Shown: piece by piece, positions 1 to 9,312 of the stretch
Numbering within the stretch: the first letter of the stretch is position 1
Layout: every line of letters starts with the position of its first letter
Virus record (IMG/VR): IMGVR_UViG_3300020185_004577
Location: 1-64,000 of that record
Length of the DNA: 64,000 nt
From: a virus
Reading direction: 5' to 3' (one strand)
Program-made: the position numbers and the translations under genes
The notes under the pieces: generated by a model
What the model was told of the DNA's origin: nothing
The model's input: only the letters and a program-made list of their open reading frames with translations
The model's database searches: none

Positions 1-1883
1 TCTATATCTTTATTTATCTTAGCAAACTTAGGCTTGTCTAAGTCGTCTTTTTCTCCCATCTGAACCATAGGGCCATATCTACCTATCTTGGCATATACAA
101 CTTTATTTGTTTCTGGGTGTGTTCCCAACTCTCTAATGCCTACCTTACCCTCTTCATCATTTGCCTTTTTAACTTTTTCTGAAAATGGTTCATAAAAATC
201 TCTTATAACAGAAACCCACTCAGCATTACCTTTAGCCACCTCATCAAAGTTAGCTTCTACATTAGCTGTAAAATTGTAATCCATTACCTTTTCAAATGTG
301 CCTAACAAATATTCTGTTACTATCATTCCCATTTCAGATGGTACAAACTTCTTTTTTTCACCGCCGTAATTTTCAACGGTTTTAACTTCAGTTACTTCAC
401 CGTTTTTTAAAAAAAGCTTTTCAATGCTTTTTTCAACGGGCTCAACGTCTTTCAGCTCAACATATTCTCTCTTTTGTATTGTAGATATTATACTGGCATA
501 GGTTGAAGGTCTTCCTATTCCTAAATCTTCTAATTTTTTAACTATAGATGATTCAGAGTATCTGGTTGGAGGTTTTTTGAATGTTTGAAAAGCATTTATC
601 TCAACACAATCTACTGAGTCATTTTTGGCCATATCTGGTAACAGTCCAGACTCATCTTCACCACCTTTATCTTCAGGAGTATACAGCTTTAAGAAACCAT
701 CAAAACTTACAACCTCTCCTTTTGTAACAAATTTTTCTGTTGTATTTGAAATTTTAGTCTTGATAGTTGTTCTTTCAACTCTAGCATCCGACATTTGTGA
801 TGCCATAGTTCTTTTCCATATTAAGTTGTACAACTTCTTGCAATCTTCAGAGTCACCAACAATATCAAAAGATGGATTAACTGGCCTCACTGCCTCATGA
901 GCTTCTTGGGCACCCTTTGCCTTGCCTTTGTATTTTTTTCTATTAGAATATTCCTTTCCATACTTAGAAACAATCTCATTTTCTATACTATTTAACGAGT
1001 CTTCTGATAAGGTTACAGAATCAGTTCTCATATAAGTAATATGTCCACCTTCATATAGAGATTGTGCAGCACTCATAGTTCTATTCAAAGAAAATCCCAA
1101 CCTAGAACTCGCTGTCTGCTGTAATGTTGATGTTGTAAATGGAGCTGGTGAAGTCTTCTTTCCAGGCTTTTTGTCAACAGAGTCAATTGTAAAATTGGCA
1201 ACCTTGCAATTATCCAAAAAAGATTTCGCATACTCTTTAGAGTCAAATCTTGTATCTAAAACACCCTTAAACTCACTGTCTTTAAACTTCATTAAAGAGG
1301 TAACTTTAAAGTCAGAAGTTGTTGTGAATTTCTTAATTTCATTCTCTCTCTCTACCAATATTCTCAAAGCAACAGATTGAACCCTACCACCACTTAAGCC
1401 AGGTTTTACTTTTTTCCACAACAATGGAGATAAATCGAACCCAACTAAACGGTCTAAAACCCTTCTAGCTTGTTGTGCATTTACCATGTTCATATCTAGC
1501 TCAACTGGGTTTTCTACAGCTTCTAATATTGCCTTTTTTGTAATTTCAGTAAATATTATTCTTTTCGTCTTGGAATCTGGTAGCTTCAAACACTCTTTTA
1601 TATGCCAAGATATTGCTGTACCCTCTCTATCGTCATCGCCAGCCAACCATACTGTTTCTGCACTATCTGCCAGCTTTTTTATACCTTTTACTACATCTTT
1701 TTTGTCCGTTGAAACAATATAGTTAGGCTTAAAATCATTTTCTTTATCTATACCTTTGTTGCCCTTGTCTAAGTCTCGAATGTGACCATAACTAGCCACA
1801 ACTTTATAATTATTACCAAGAAAAGACTGTATTTTCTTTGTTTTACCTGGGGATTCTACTATTACTAAATTTTTTGCTGACAT
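1..1883 (-). CDS. topA: DNA topoisomerase I (type IA), 3' end runs off the window
   Basis: Not in the ORF track. Manual translation from ATG at 1883 gives MSAKNLVIVESPGKTKKIQSFLG...SYGHIRDL, then DDDREG, GRVQS, ITYMRTDS, QEAHEAVRP, GIGRPSTYA. Confidence 0.97.
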   Translation of the reverse strand, partial: MSAKNLVIVESPGKTKKIQSFLGNNYKVVASYGHIRDLDKGNKGIDKENDFKPNYIVSTDKKDVVKGIKKLADSAETVWLAGDDDREGTAISWHIKECLKLPDSKTKRIIFTEITKKAILEAVENPVELDMNMVNAQQARRVLDRLVGFDLSPLLWKKVKPGLSGGRVQSVALRILVERENEIKKFTTTSDFKVTSLMKFKDSEFKGVLDTRFDSKEYAKSFLDNCKVANFTIDSVDKKPGKKTSPAPFTTSTLQQTASSRLGFSLNRTMSAAQSLYEGGHITYMRTDSVTLSEDSLNSIENEIVSKYGKEYSNRKKYKGKAKGAQEAHEAVRPVNPSFDIVGDSEDCKKLYNLIWKRTMASQMSDARVERTTIKTKISNTTEKFVTKGEVVSFDGFLKLYTPEDKGGEDESGLLPDMAKNDSVDCVEINAFQTFKKPPTRYSESSIVKKLEDLGIGRPSTYASIISTIQKREYVELKDVEPVEKSIEKLFLKNGEVTEVKTVENYGGEKKKFVPSEMGMIVTEYLLGTFEKVMDYNFTANVEANFDEVAKGNAEWVSVIRDFYEPFSEKVKKANDEEGKVGIRELGTHPETNKVVYAKIGRYGPMVQMGEKDDLDKPKFAKINKDI

Positions 1884-2014
1884 GTGTTATTTATCAATGA
1901 TTTAAAAACAAATATAACATTTTTTATTGAAAAATAAAACGAAAGTTTATTTAAAAAAGTCATTATTATAATAAATCTTAATATTTATGAGGGAAACGTA
2001 TTTTTATACATAAA

Positions 2015-2425
2015 ATGGAAAAAAAGGAAGTTAGATTATTTGTAAGGGAGGTTATTAGTGAAATAGCTATGGCAATAGGAGGCTCTGGTTGGGATAGTAA
2101 CAATGACGTACAATCTTTTCATGGATACCCTTCTGGTTATGGTCAATTTCCATACTTATATACAGACATGCCTGAAATGTTGCCAAGTGCAGAAGAGATA
2201 AACAAAAATAATGAGCACATTAAAATCAACAAATACACAAACAACAATGAGGTTTATGAATTTCCTTTTGATAGTTTCAAAAAAGGCTTCGAAATAGAAA
2301 GACATGAATTGGAAAGACAAAAACAGCTCATAAGCGTTTTTGACATAGCCAAAATAGTTATAGACAAATTAAGAAAAGACAAAAATTTTTATCAAGATGA
2401 GAATGCTGGAGATACATCGCAGTAA
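2015..2425 (+). CDS. Hypothetical late protein; N-terminal VRLFVREVISE motif, C-terminal degenerate DUF5661-like helix motif
   Basis: 136-aa ORF with TATTTAT upstream; KGFEIERHE...AKIVIDKLRKDKNFY resembles the GxxxExEH..IAxDHL..YY pattern. Confidence 0.5.
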   Translation: MEKKEVRLFVREVISEIAMAIGGSGWDSNNDVQSFHGYPSGYGQFPYLYTDMPEMLPSAEEINKNNEHIKINKYTNNNEVYEFPFDSFKKGFEIERHELERQKQLISVFDIAKIVIDKLRKDKNFYQDENAGDTSQ

Positions 2426-2627
2426 AGTTATGATTATATTAGAAGTAGATTACAGCGAATTCGAGAGACACCATTTTGATGATATATGGGATGCGATTCG
2501 AGATGTTTACGAAGAAGAACTTTACAAGCTAAAAAAAATAGAAAGAAATAAAGACAAAATGCATGTTAAGCTTAACATAGTAAGAAGGCGTGCATATCTA
2601 AAAGAAAAAAAGAATACTAAACGATAG
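2397..2627 (+). CDS. Hypothetical protein
   Basis: 76-aa ORF filling the gap after 2015-2425; start uncertain. Confidence 0.55.
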   Translation: MRMLEIHRSKVMIILEVDYSEFERHHFDDIWDAIRDVYEEELYKLKKIERNKDKMHVKLNIVRRRAYLKEKKNTKR

Positions 2628-2979
2628 TTATATAAGTGTTCCCATTAGTCATGGTTATTTTTTCCAAATTTATATATGTAAATTTTTCTGAAATACTTTC
2701 ATTTAAAAATTCATGTTTTTCAGTTAGTAATATTTTTTTTCCAAATGCAAAACAACAAAAAGATTCAATTGAAGTGTAGTCTATGTCTTCGCTCCCATCT
2801 CTACTTTTCTTTAGTTTATAATAAAGAAAAGGTAAGTCATATTCTTCAATCTCGGAAATCTCATTAATATTTATCTTAACAACACCCCAGTCATAAACAA
2901 TAACATAGTTATTTGACGCATTAGAACTACTTGCTTTAAACACACTACCATCAATATATTTTCTCTTTGTTAACTCCAT
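2617..2979 (-). CDS. Hypothetical protein
   Basis: 120-aa ORF abutting the upstream gene. Confidence 0.7.
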   Translation of the reverse strand: MELTKRKYIDGSVFKASSSNASNNYVIVYDWGVVKININEISEIEEYDLPFLYYKLKKSRDGSEDIDYTSIESFCCFAFGKKILLTEKHEFLNESISEKFTYINLEKITMTNGNTYITIV

Positions 2980-3738
2980 TTATATTTTGGTTAACATAAT
3001 CTCTTTTACAACCTCGTTTTCATAAGAAACCAAGTCATAAGTGACATCTGTTACCTCAACTCCACAAACTCTTCCTTCTGAATTTTTCAATATTAACTTA
3101 GTTCCTTTTGATAAGTGTTCCAAAACATTTTCTGGTGGTAGTTCTATATCAGACATTGTAAAATTTAAATTTTCTATATTAACTCTAGTGTGATTTCTAG
3201 TTTCTTTTACAATTTCATTAACTATAGTTTGACCAGTTATGCTTTTCATTGAAGCCTCTTGTTCCAAGAACTCTTGCTTTTTTTCTTGGAAATATCTATT
3301 TATATCTTTGGTTTTTGACTCAATTAGATGCTCTAAATTTTCAGAAACCTTTTTTATTTGAGACTTTATTTCCTGCTTAGTTTCTTCTCCTAAGTTTATT
3401 ATACTAGCCTTTTCCTGCTCTTTAGCCTTTCTATCCAACTCTTCTTCTTCCAACACCTTAAGAAGCTCTTGTTCATTTTGTTTTTTTATACTCTCTTTGG
3501 ATGCAACACGATTTCCTTGTGAATAATTTTCAATAATATAGTTAACGTAATCATCTCTACTAGCACTTTCACTGTAAGACGGGTGACCCTTAAAATTATA
3601 CCTTATAATTAAAGTCTTTATTGCATCATACTCTCTCCCATTGTAGTTCTTAACTATTCTATCTACCTCTTTTATCTTAGAAGGATTATAATGATTATAC
3701 AAATCAATAAGTGCTTCTTTAAAACTTTCAGAATTCAT
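2980..3738 (-). CDS. Hypothetical coiled-coil protein with N-terminal YNPxK..YxGRE helical motif
   Basis: 252-aa ORF; TATTTATA motif 12 nt upstream. Confidence 0.75.
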   Translation of the reverse strand: MNSESFKEALIDLYNHYNPSKIKEVDRIVKNYNGREYDAIKTLIIRYNFKGHPSYSESASRDDYVNYIIENYSQGNRVASKESIKKQNEQELLKVLEEEELDRKAKEQEKASIINLGEETKQEIKSQIKKVSENLEHLIESKTKDINRYFQEKKQEFLEQEASMKSITGQTIVNEIVKETRNHTRVNIENLNFTMSDIELPPENVLEHLSKGTKLILKNSEGRVCGVEVTDVTYDLVSYENEVVKEIMLTKI

Positions 3739-3763
3739 TGTATTTTATTTTATAAATAAAACA

Positions 3764-3789
3764 AAAAAAGGCTGATTAACAGCCTTTTT
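3764..3789 (-). terminator. Intrinsic terminator after ssb (bidirectional-looking)
   Basis: aaaaaggctg-attaa-cagccttttt hairpin with A/T tails. Confidence 0.8.
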
Positions 3790-3809
3790 AAAAATTTAAA
3801 TACTATACC

Positions 3810-4307
3810 TTAGAATGGAAGGTCATCATCAGTACCCGTAACAGCTTGTGGTGCAGCAGCTTGTGGTGCAGCAGCTTGTGGTGCAGCAGCTTGTGGTGCG
3901 GCAGCTTGTGGTGCGGCAGCTTGTGGTGCGGCAGCTTGTGGTGCAGCAGCTTGTGGTGCAGCAGCTTGTTGGCTATCATTTCTTCTGCCATCTGTTAGGA
4001 TTCTAAAATCTCTAGCATTGATATCTGTATATCTAATTTTAGTTCCATCTCTTTCAACAGTTCTATATTTTAATTCCCCTTCTACAAAAACAAGGCTACC
4101 TTTCTGCAAAATTCTCTGAGCGTTTTCAGCTAATTTTCCAAACATAGTGATGTTATGCCAAGATGTCTCTTCTTGCTTTACTCCGCTTTTGTCAGTCCAG
4201 TTTTTATTTGTTCCTACTGAAATTCTAGCCAATGTAGTTCCATTGTCTAATCTTTTTACATCTGGGTCCGCCCCCAGTCTTCCTAATACTTCTACTTTGT
4301 TTACCAT
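3810..4307 (-). CDS. ssb: Single-stranded DNA-binding protein, bacterial type
   Basis: MVNKVEVLGRLGADP OB-fold start, WHNI, C-terminal DDDLPF tail. Confidence 0.97.
   Translation of the reverse strand: MVNKVEVLGRLGADPDVKRLDNGTTLARISVGTNKNWTDKSGVKQEETSWHNITMFGKLAENAQRILQKGSLVFVEGELKYRTVERDGTKIRYTDINARDFRILTDGRRNDSQQAAAPQAAAPQAAAPQAAAPQAAAPQAAAPQAAAPQAAAPQAVTGTDDDLPF
3842..3969. repeat. 15-nt tandem repeat x8.5 encoding (QAAAP)8 in the SSB linker
   Basis: Unit cagcttgtggtgc(a/g)g read directly. Confidence 0.97.
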
Positions 4308-4330
4308 ATTTTTTAATTTATAATGTTCAC

Positions 4331-4361
4331 CAAAATTAGTGATTTAGTTTTTATATTCAAA
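4331..4361 (-). promoter_or_regulatory. Bacteroidota primary-sigma type promoter (TTTG-N19-TAATTTTG). Similar sites at 6393-6423, 10200-10229, 17616-17646, 17987-18017, 23094-23125, 27424-27452, 29654-29683, 32694-32723, 38275-38305, 60743-60773; -7 element only at 1909-1916 and 44491-44498
   Basis: Matches the established -33 TTTG / -7 TAnnTTTG consensus; TTG-to-TA spacing is exactly 19 nt in eight of the sites. Confidence 0.75.
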
Positions 4362-4363
4362 AC

Positions 4364-6343
4364 TTATTTGAATATTTTTTTAATAAAATTTGTAACAACT
4401 CCTTTGTTATCACTTTTCAAGCTTTCTTTAGAGTCTTTGGAGTTGTTAAGCTCTTTTTTTCTTATTTTAAACAACTCTTCTTCTGAAATTTGACCTGGCA
4501 TCATTCGTTGTCTGTCCTTACTTGGAGTCATGTCTGATGAATATGTATTTTTTACATTTATTTTATTTTTATCACAAAACATAATAGTTGACTCTATTAA
4601 CTCCTGTGTTGCTCTACTATTGTAATACCCCTTTAGTTGTTCAAGTTCTAATTTATCTCCCACCCTAACAAAGCCAGCAGTAGCTCTTTCTTTAGTAATT
4701 AAGTGAGTTACATTTATTGCTATGTATTTTTTTTCACAAATTCTATTTAAATAAGTATATATGCAGTGATGCATCTGTAAGCCTTCAAGATTTAACCTTT
4801 CTGCTGTTTCTACCACTTCAAATTTAACATCTCCAATTTGAATATTTAATTTTATAAAACTAGAAACAGACTTAGAATAAAACTCAGCTTTTTTAGCATC
4901 TTTCATAGCATTAAATCTAGCAGAATAGTCGTCATGAAGCTCTTTTAATTGATTGTAATTTTTACACTTAAATAAAACTTTAGGCTTTACTTCAAGTAAG
5001 TCAACAACTCTTATAGTGTCCATATAAATTACAACATAATCATTACCCTCATCTATTTTATTGTCTAAAATGTGTTTTATATTTTTAAACTCTAAGAGCA
5101 CATCATCTGTAACTCTTTGATTCTTTAAAATGCTAGACAAAACACTATAAACCCTATCTAACTCATAATTCTGCAATAAAAATTCTAACTGATTCTTTGA
5201 AGTTAATTTATAATGATATGCTTTATTTAATGTATCCATGTGAGACATCAACTTTATAGAATTATAAATTGTAGAACTTATCTTTAAATAACGTGACAAA
5301 TCTGAGCCATCTGCACGCTTATTGTAAGTCTCTTTCATTGACATTTCGATTATAGAGTGGGGGTTGGTTGATTTTCTATCTGCATACAATCTTGGGTTAT
5401 GTATGTAGTTACTTTCAGACCACATTTTAAAAAAGTTGTAACCTTTTGTGTGAATTATACAAGATGCACTTTCAAAAGACAAAACAGACAACAGCAGCTT
5501 ATATCCATTCATGCTATTAAAAAGGTAATCTCCTAAGTTTAATTTCTTTTTAACCATCTTCCCATCCCCAAAACCACTATCTAGATTTTGGTAATATTCT
5601 ATAGAACCAGACTCACTTTTTTCTATCTCAATTTTACTTTTAGATTTTATAAAGTCTATAAAATAAACAGAATCAAATTTATCCAAATCTTTAATGTGAA
5701 CCTTTATTAAATCTAAGGATTTTAAAATATTTTCAAAACCAGAATAATTAATAGAGTCAGAATAAGCAAAGAACTCTTCTAAAATCTTGACATTTGTTAT
5801 ATCCACATTTAAATCAACATCATCAATCACTTTATTTTCACCAGACTTTGATAAAGCATCAATTGATTTTAAATCTATGACATTAGGGGTGCTTAACTTT
5901 ATTCTAGATTGTTTTTTCAATAAATCAACTTCTAAAATGTCTACAGATTTATTAAACATTAAAGCGTCTTTGGAAGAACAATATTCAACTGCACCCTTTA
6001 ATCTTTTTATGGTAAAACTACTTTCTTCTTCTTTTACTTCTAAATCATAATCTACTGAGTATAACTCTCTTAAATTAGGCTCTAATAAGTATAGTTTTTT
6101 TAGATTGTCATACACCCTATTACACGAAGTGCAAGTTATCGATTTTAAACTTTCAGAATCTTCAGTGAGTTCATCATAATTTTTTATAACGTTTCTTACA
6201 AGTTTGCCCTTAAACCTCTGAACATTTCCACATTTACAATAAAGTATTTGACCTTTACTTGAAACGTTTGAGTCTTCAGAAATTTTAGAAACCACCATAC
6301 TGGCTGATAAATCAACTATAAAAGAAGGTTTTTTTGTAGACAT
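4364..6343 (-). CDS. PcfJ-like domain protein with N-terminal Cys cluster
   Basis: C-terminal LKELHD, LNLEGLQMHHCIYTY, QLKGYYN motifs typical of PcfJ domains; CKC and CTSC near the N-terminus. Confidence 0.75.
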   Translation of the reverse strand: MSTKKPSFIVDLSASMVVSKISEDSNVSSKGQILYCKCGNVQRFKGKLVRNVIKNYDELTEDSESLKSITCTSCNRVYDNLKKLYLLEPNLRELYSVDYDLEVKEEESSFTIKRLKGAVEYCSSKDALMFNKSVDILEVDLLKKQSRIKLSTPNVIDLKSIDALSKSGENKVIDDVDLNVDITNVKILEEFFAYSDSINYSGFENILKSLDLIKVHIKDLDKFDSVYFIDFIKSKSKIEIEKSESGSIEYYQNLDSGFGDGKMVKKKLNLGDYLFNSMNGYKLLLSVLSFESASCIIHTKGYNFFKMWSESNYIHNPRLYADRKSTNPHSIIEMSMKETYNKRADGSDLSRYLKISSTIYNSIKLMSHMDTLNKAYHYKLTSKNQLEFLLQNYELDRVYSVLSSILKNQRVTDDVLLEFKNIKHILDNKIDEGNDYVVIYMDTIRVVDLLEVKPKVLFKCKNYNQLKELHDDYSARFNAMKDAKKAEFYSKSVSSFIKLNIQIGDVKFEVVETAERLNLEGLQMHHCIYTYLNRICEKKYIAINVTHLITKERATAGFVRVGDKLELEQLKGYYNSRATQELIESTIMFCDKNKINVKNTYSSDMTPSKDRQRMMPGQISEEELFKIRKKELNNSKDSKESLKSDNKGVVTNFIKKIFK

Positions 6344-6444
6344 AATTTTTTAATATTTATTTTTTTAAAAATGATGATATTTTAGTTATATGTGAAATTA
6401 ATAAGTTTAATGTTATAAACAAAAAAATATATCTTTTTTTTTAA

Positions 6445-6452
6445 TATTTATA
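6445..6452 (+). promoter_or_regulatory. Putative phage late promoter TATTTAT(A/T), representative of about 18 sites
   Basis: Recurs on the sense strand 12-30 nt upstream of structural and putative head-protein genes (see findings). Confidence 0.7.
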
Positions 6453-6476
6453 GCAAAGTACTTTAACAAAAAAATT

Positions 6477-9302
6477 ATGCGTAATAATAAAAAACTTTAT
6501 AGCGAAGTTTCCAGAATGATTGAGCTAACAGAAAATAATCAAAATAAGTCAAAATTACTTAAAGAATCCTTTGGCAATAAGGTAATGTATAAAAAAATAT
6601 TAAAAGAATCTATTGATGATATAGATTTCACAGATATATTTGATATGTCTGATGAAAGCGAAAAAGATATGGACTCTAAAATAGACAGTAAATTTTCATC
6701 TCTTTCACCTAATGATGACATTTCTTTGTTGGGCAAATTAGCTCTAGCTACAGGTTCAATAAATAAGTTGCAAGCTGCAATGTTTGATTTAGAAAAGAAG
6801 GACACTCTAACCTTAAAAGACTTGAGCTCTGAAAGAGTTAAAAGGGATGATGATAAAGGAAGTGTCTTTGATAAAGGTAGAAAACCTTTATATCCTGGGC
6901 AATCTGTTGCAGATTTTAAAGATATGATGAAAAAGGGAAGGCTTATATTAAAAGTTGGAAATGAATCAGAAAATCTAGATGGTGAAAATGTAGACAAAGT
7001 ATTTAAATGGCTAGGAGGAACTAAAGGCGAAAAAAGCCTACACAACATAGGATTTGGAAGCAATGGTAAATTGAGCAAAAAAGGAAATGCAGAATTAAAC
7101 TTCTTGGCAAGAATGGTTTCCGACAAACCCAAAGATGAAGCAGAGCAAAAAATATTAGATACGTTCGGGAGTGCCGCTAAAAACAATGCACTGTCAATAT
7201 TGAAAGATTTTTATACGGTAGTAGCAAAAAACACTTTGCTTTCACTTTTAAATATGGAACCAACACCAGAAAATTTAGATACAATATCAGATGGTGTTAA
7301 TGAAGCGATAACAAATTTAGCTGGAGTTTCTGGTGGTGATTTAGAAAAAAAGCCTACTAGCTGGGATTCTTCTAGAAATATTGGACCTTGGATTTTGCAA
7401 GTTGCAAAAAATTATGCCAAAAACGTGCTTAAAAAAGATACAGAATATGTTCCAAACTTAAATTCAGCAAGACAATTCTTTCAAGATATGATGGATAGAG
7501 AGGGTGTTATATCTATAATTTCAAGAAAAGAGCCTTCTCATGAAAACTATGCTGATGAAGTGGAAAAAGTTGGAAGTAAATATTTGTATAAGTATTCAAA
7601 AATAGAAGATGCTATTGATGATTTATTAAATTCATCTAAAGTAAAAAATCATCATTTAAAATCTTATAATTTAGACATTTCTAAATCTAAAGATTTATTT
7701 TCTTCAGAAAGAAAAGCTCCAGTATCAATGTCTCCAGAAATGGAAAAGGAAACAGGCGAAATGATTGCTGATGAAGATGCAATTTTAGGAATTGATAAAG
7801 ATTCTGAATTAAAAATAAGAAACATACTATCTAAAGTGGTTGACTTTATGACTTTAGACTCTAAGAAATATGGAATAAAACAAGCTACTCACGACCCTTT
7901 GTATTTATCAGGAAAAGACAAGGAAGAAATAAAATCTGGTAAAGATGAAGGTTTAATTAGAAGAAGAAAAGAGTTGGCTAAAGAAAATGCTGTAAACTTC
8001 ATGTACAACTTTTTGCTATCTGCAATTGGAGACACAAAATACGGTACAGATATAGGAATATCAGGAAAGGTTAATCCAGAAGTAATGCAAAACTGGATAG
8101 ATGGTCAAAGAAAGTCTATATTAACTAAATTGATAGACATTGAAAAGAAAAACAATCCTAATATAGATTCTGAAAAAATAAAAGAAAGAGCTGAAGAGTT
8201 AGGACTATTAATTAAAGGTGGTAAAATGAGCCAATCTTTTAAAAGTGGATTAAAAGATTATTTTTCTGCAAACAAAAAGGACTTATCTAAAGTAATGGAA
8301 TTAATTTCTTCGACATCTCCAGAGGGATATGAAGTAGAAACGGATATAGAAACAATTTTTGAGCAGAAAGTTAGAGCTAAAATTCAAAATATAATAAAAG
8401 AATCATTTGTCGTAAAAGAAGAGGAATACGAAGACAACAACACGGAAGAAGAAGAGTTAGATAATTTAATAAATGTATTTGGAGACAGATTTGGAAAATC
8501 AACATCCTATGAAAGAGGTGGCAAAAATGGATTAGACAATGAAATAAAAAGTATAATAGATGGAAACAAATCCAAGTGGCATTTTGAAAATAGTGAAAAA
8601 GGTCAACATAACTATATAACTTCAGTTTTAGCTTCTATGTACAACTCATTGAGCAGCTCTCAACAGAGAAATGTTTTAAAACATATTTTCCTTTCTTTCT
8701 TCCCAAGAGGTGAAGAAAGTAGAATAGTTACACAACTAACTAACAAGCAAGTTCCTGGCTCTATGATGAGCAACAAGTCAGATATGTGGGATGTAATCAT
8801 ATCCTCAGAAGATGATGGAGTTTTGCTTTTGCAAAAAGCTTTAGAAACATATGAACCTAAAGGCTCTTTGTTTAAATACTTATTAAGAAGAATTCTTAAT
8901 GAAGCAAAAAATAGAACCAGAAAATTCGATGCATCAGTACACAAAGGCGAAAGAACTTACCACTCTAGTTATACAGACTCTATTGATGCCCCTATAGGAA
9001 GTGATGAGGATGGAAGTAAAGCTTTCGAATTAGAGGCTGAGCCAGCTATAAATGACAGGCTGGAAAAGGCAAAACACACACTATCAAGAGTGTTAAGCAC
9101 ATTAGGAGGTGAGCTTTCAAAAAGTCAAAGAAATTTATTGATGGCAATTAAAGATATGGGCGATGATGCATTTAGTCCCGATGGAGAGCTTGTATATGGA
9201 CTTATAGCAACTAGAACGGGGCTTAGCGATTCTAATGTTGGTAGTACAATGTCTGCCATAAAGAAAATGGCAAAAGAATTAAAGGGAAAAGGAATGGTAT
9301 AG
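6477..9302 (+). CDS. Large protein with two sigma70/ECF-like modules; candidate virion-packaged sigma polyprotein
   Basis: Region-2-like WDSSRNIGPWILQVAKNYAKNVLKK and KALETYEPKGSLFKYLLRRILNEAKNRTRK; region-3.2-like SIDAPIGSDED; region-4-like LSKSQRNLL...YGLIATRTGLSDSNVGSTMSAIKK. Confidence 0.65.
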   Translation: MRNNKKLYSEVSRMIELTENNQNKSKLLKESFGNKVMYKKILKESIDDIDFTDIFDMSDESEKDMDSKIDSKFSSLSPNDDISLLGKLALATGSINKLQAAMFDLEKKDTLTLKDLSSERVKRDDDKGSVFDKGRKPLYPGQSVADFKDMMKKGRLILKVGNESENLDGENVDKVFKWLGGTKGEKSLHNIGFGSNGKLSKKGNAELNFLARMVSDKPKDEAEQKILDTFGSAAKNNALSILKDFYTVVAKNTLLSLLNMEPTPENLDTISDGVNEAITNLAGVSGGDLEKKPTSWDSSRNIGPWILQVAKNYAKNVLKKDTEYVPNLNSARQFFQDMMDREGVISIISRKEPSHENYADEVEKVGSKYLYKYSKIEDAIDDLLNSSKVKNHHLKSYNLDISKSKDLFSSERKAPVSMSPEMEKETGEMIADEDAILGIDKDSELKIRNILSKVVDFMTLDSKKYGIKQATHDPLYLSGKDKEEIKSGKDEGLIRRRKELAKENAVNFMYNFLLSAIGDTKYGTDIGISGKVNPEVMQNWIDGQRKSILTKLIDIEKKNNPNIDSEKIKERAEELGLLIKGGKMSQSFKSGLKDYFSANKKDLSKVMELISSTSPEGYEVETDIETIFEQKVRAKIQNIIKESFVVKEEEYEDNNTEEEELDNLINVFGDRFGKSTSYERGGKNGLDNEIKSIIDGNKSKWHFENSEKGQHNYITSVLASMYNSLSSSQQRNVLKHIFLSFFPRGEESRIVTQLTNKQVPGSMMSNKSDMWDVIISSEDDGVLLLQKALETYEPKGSLFKYLLRRILNEAKNRTRKFDASVHKGERTYHSSYTDSIDAPIGSDEDGSKAFELEAEPAINDRLEKAKHTLSRVLSTLGGELSKSQRNLLMAIKDMGDDAFSPDGELVYGLIATRTGLSDSNVGSTMSAIKKMAKELKGKGMV

Positions 9303-9312
9303 AGACTTTGGA

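Noticed and set aside
625-1722. Three short plus-strand ORFs
   Set aside because: Antisense shadows of topA, which the ORF track missed because it runs off the window.
3842-3969. Tandem repeat as a possible CRISPR array
   Set aside because: 15-nt head-to-tail units with no spacers, in frame within a CDS.
3803-3991. 62-aa ORF with striking HHKL(L/P) repeats
   Set aside because: Alternative frame of the 15-nt repeat inside ssb.
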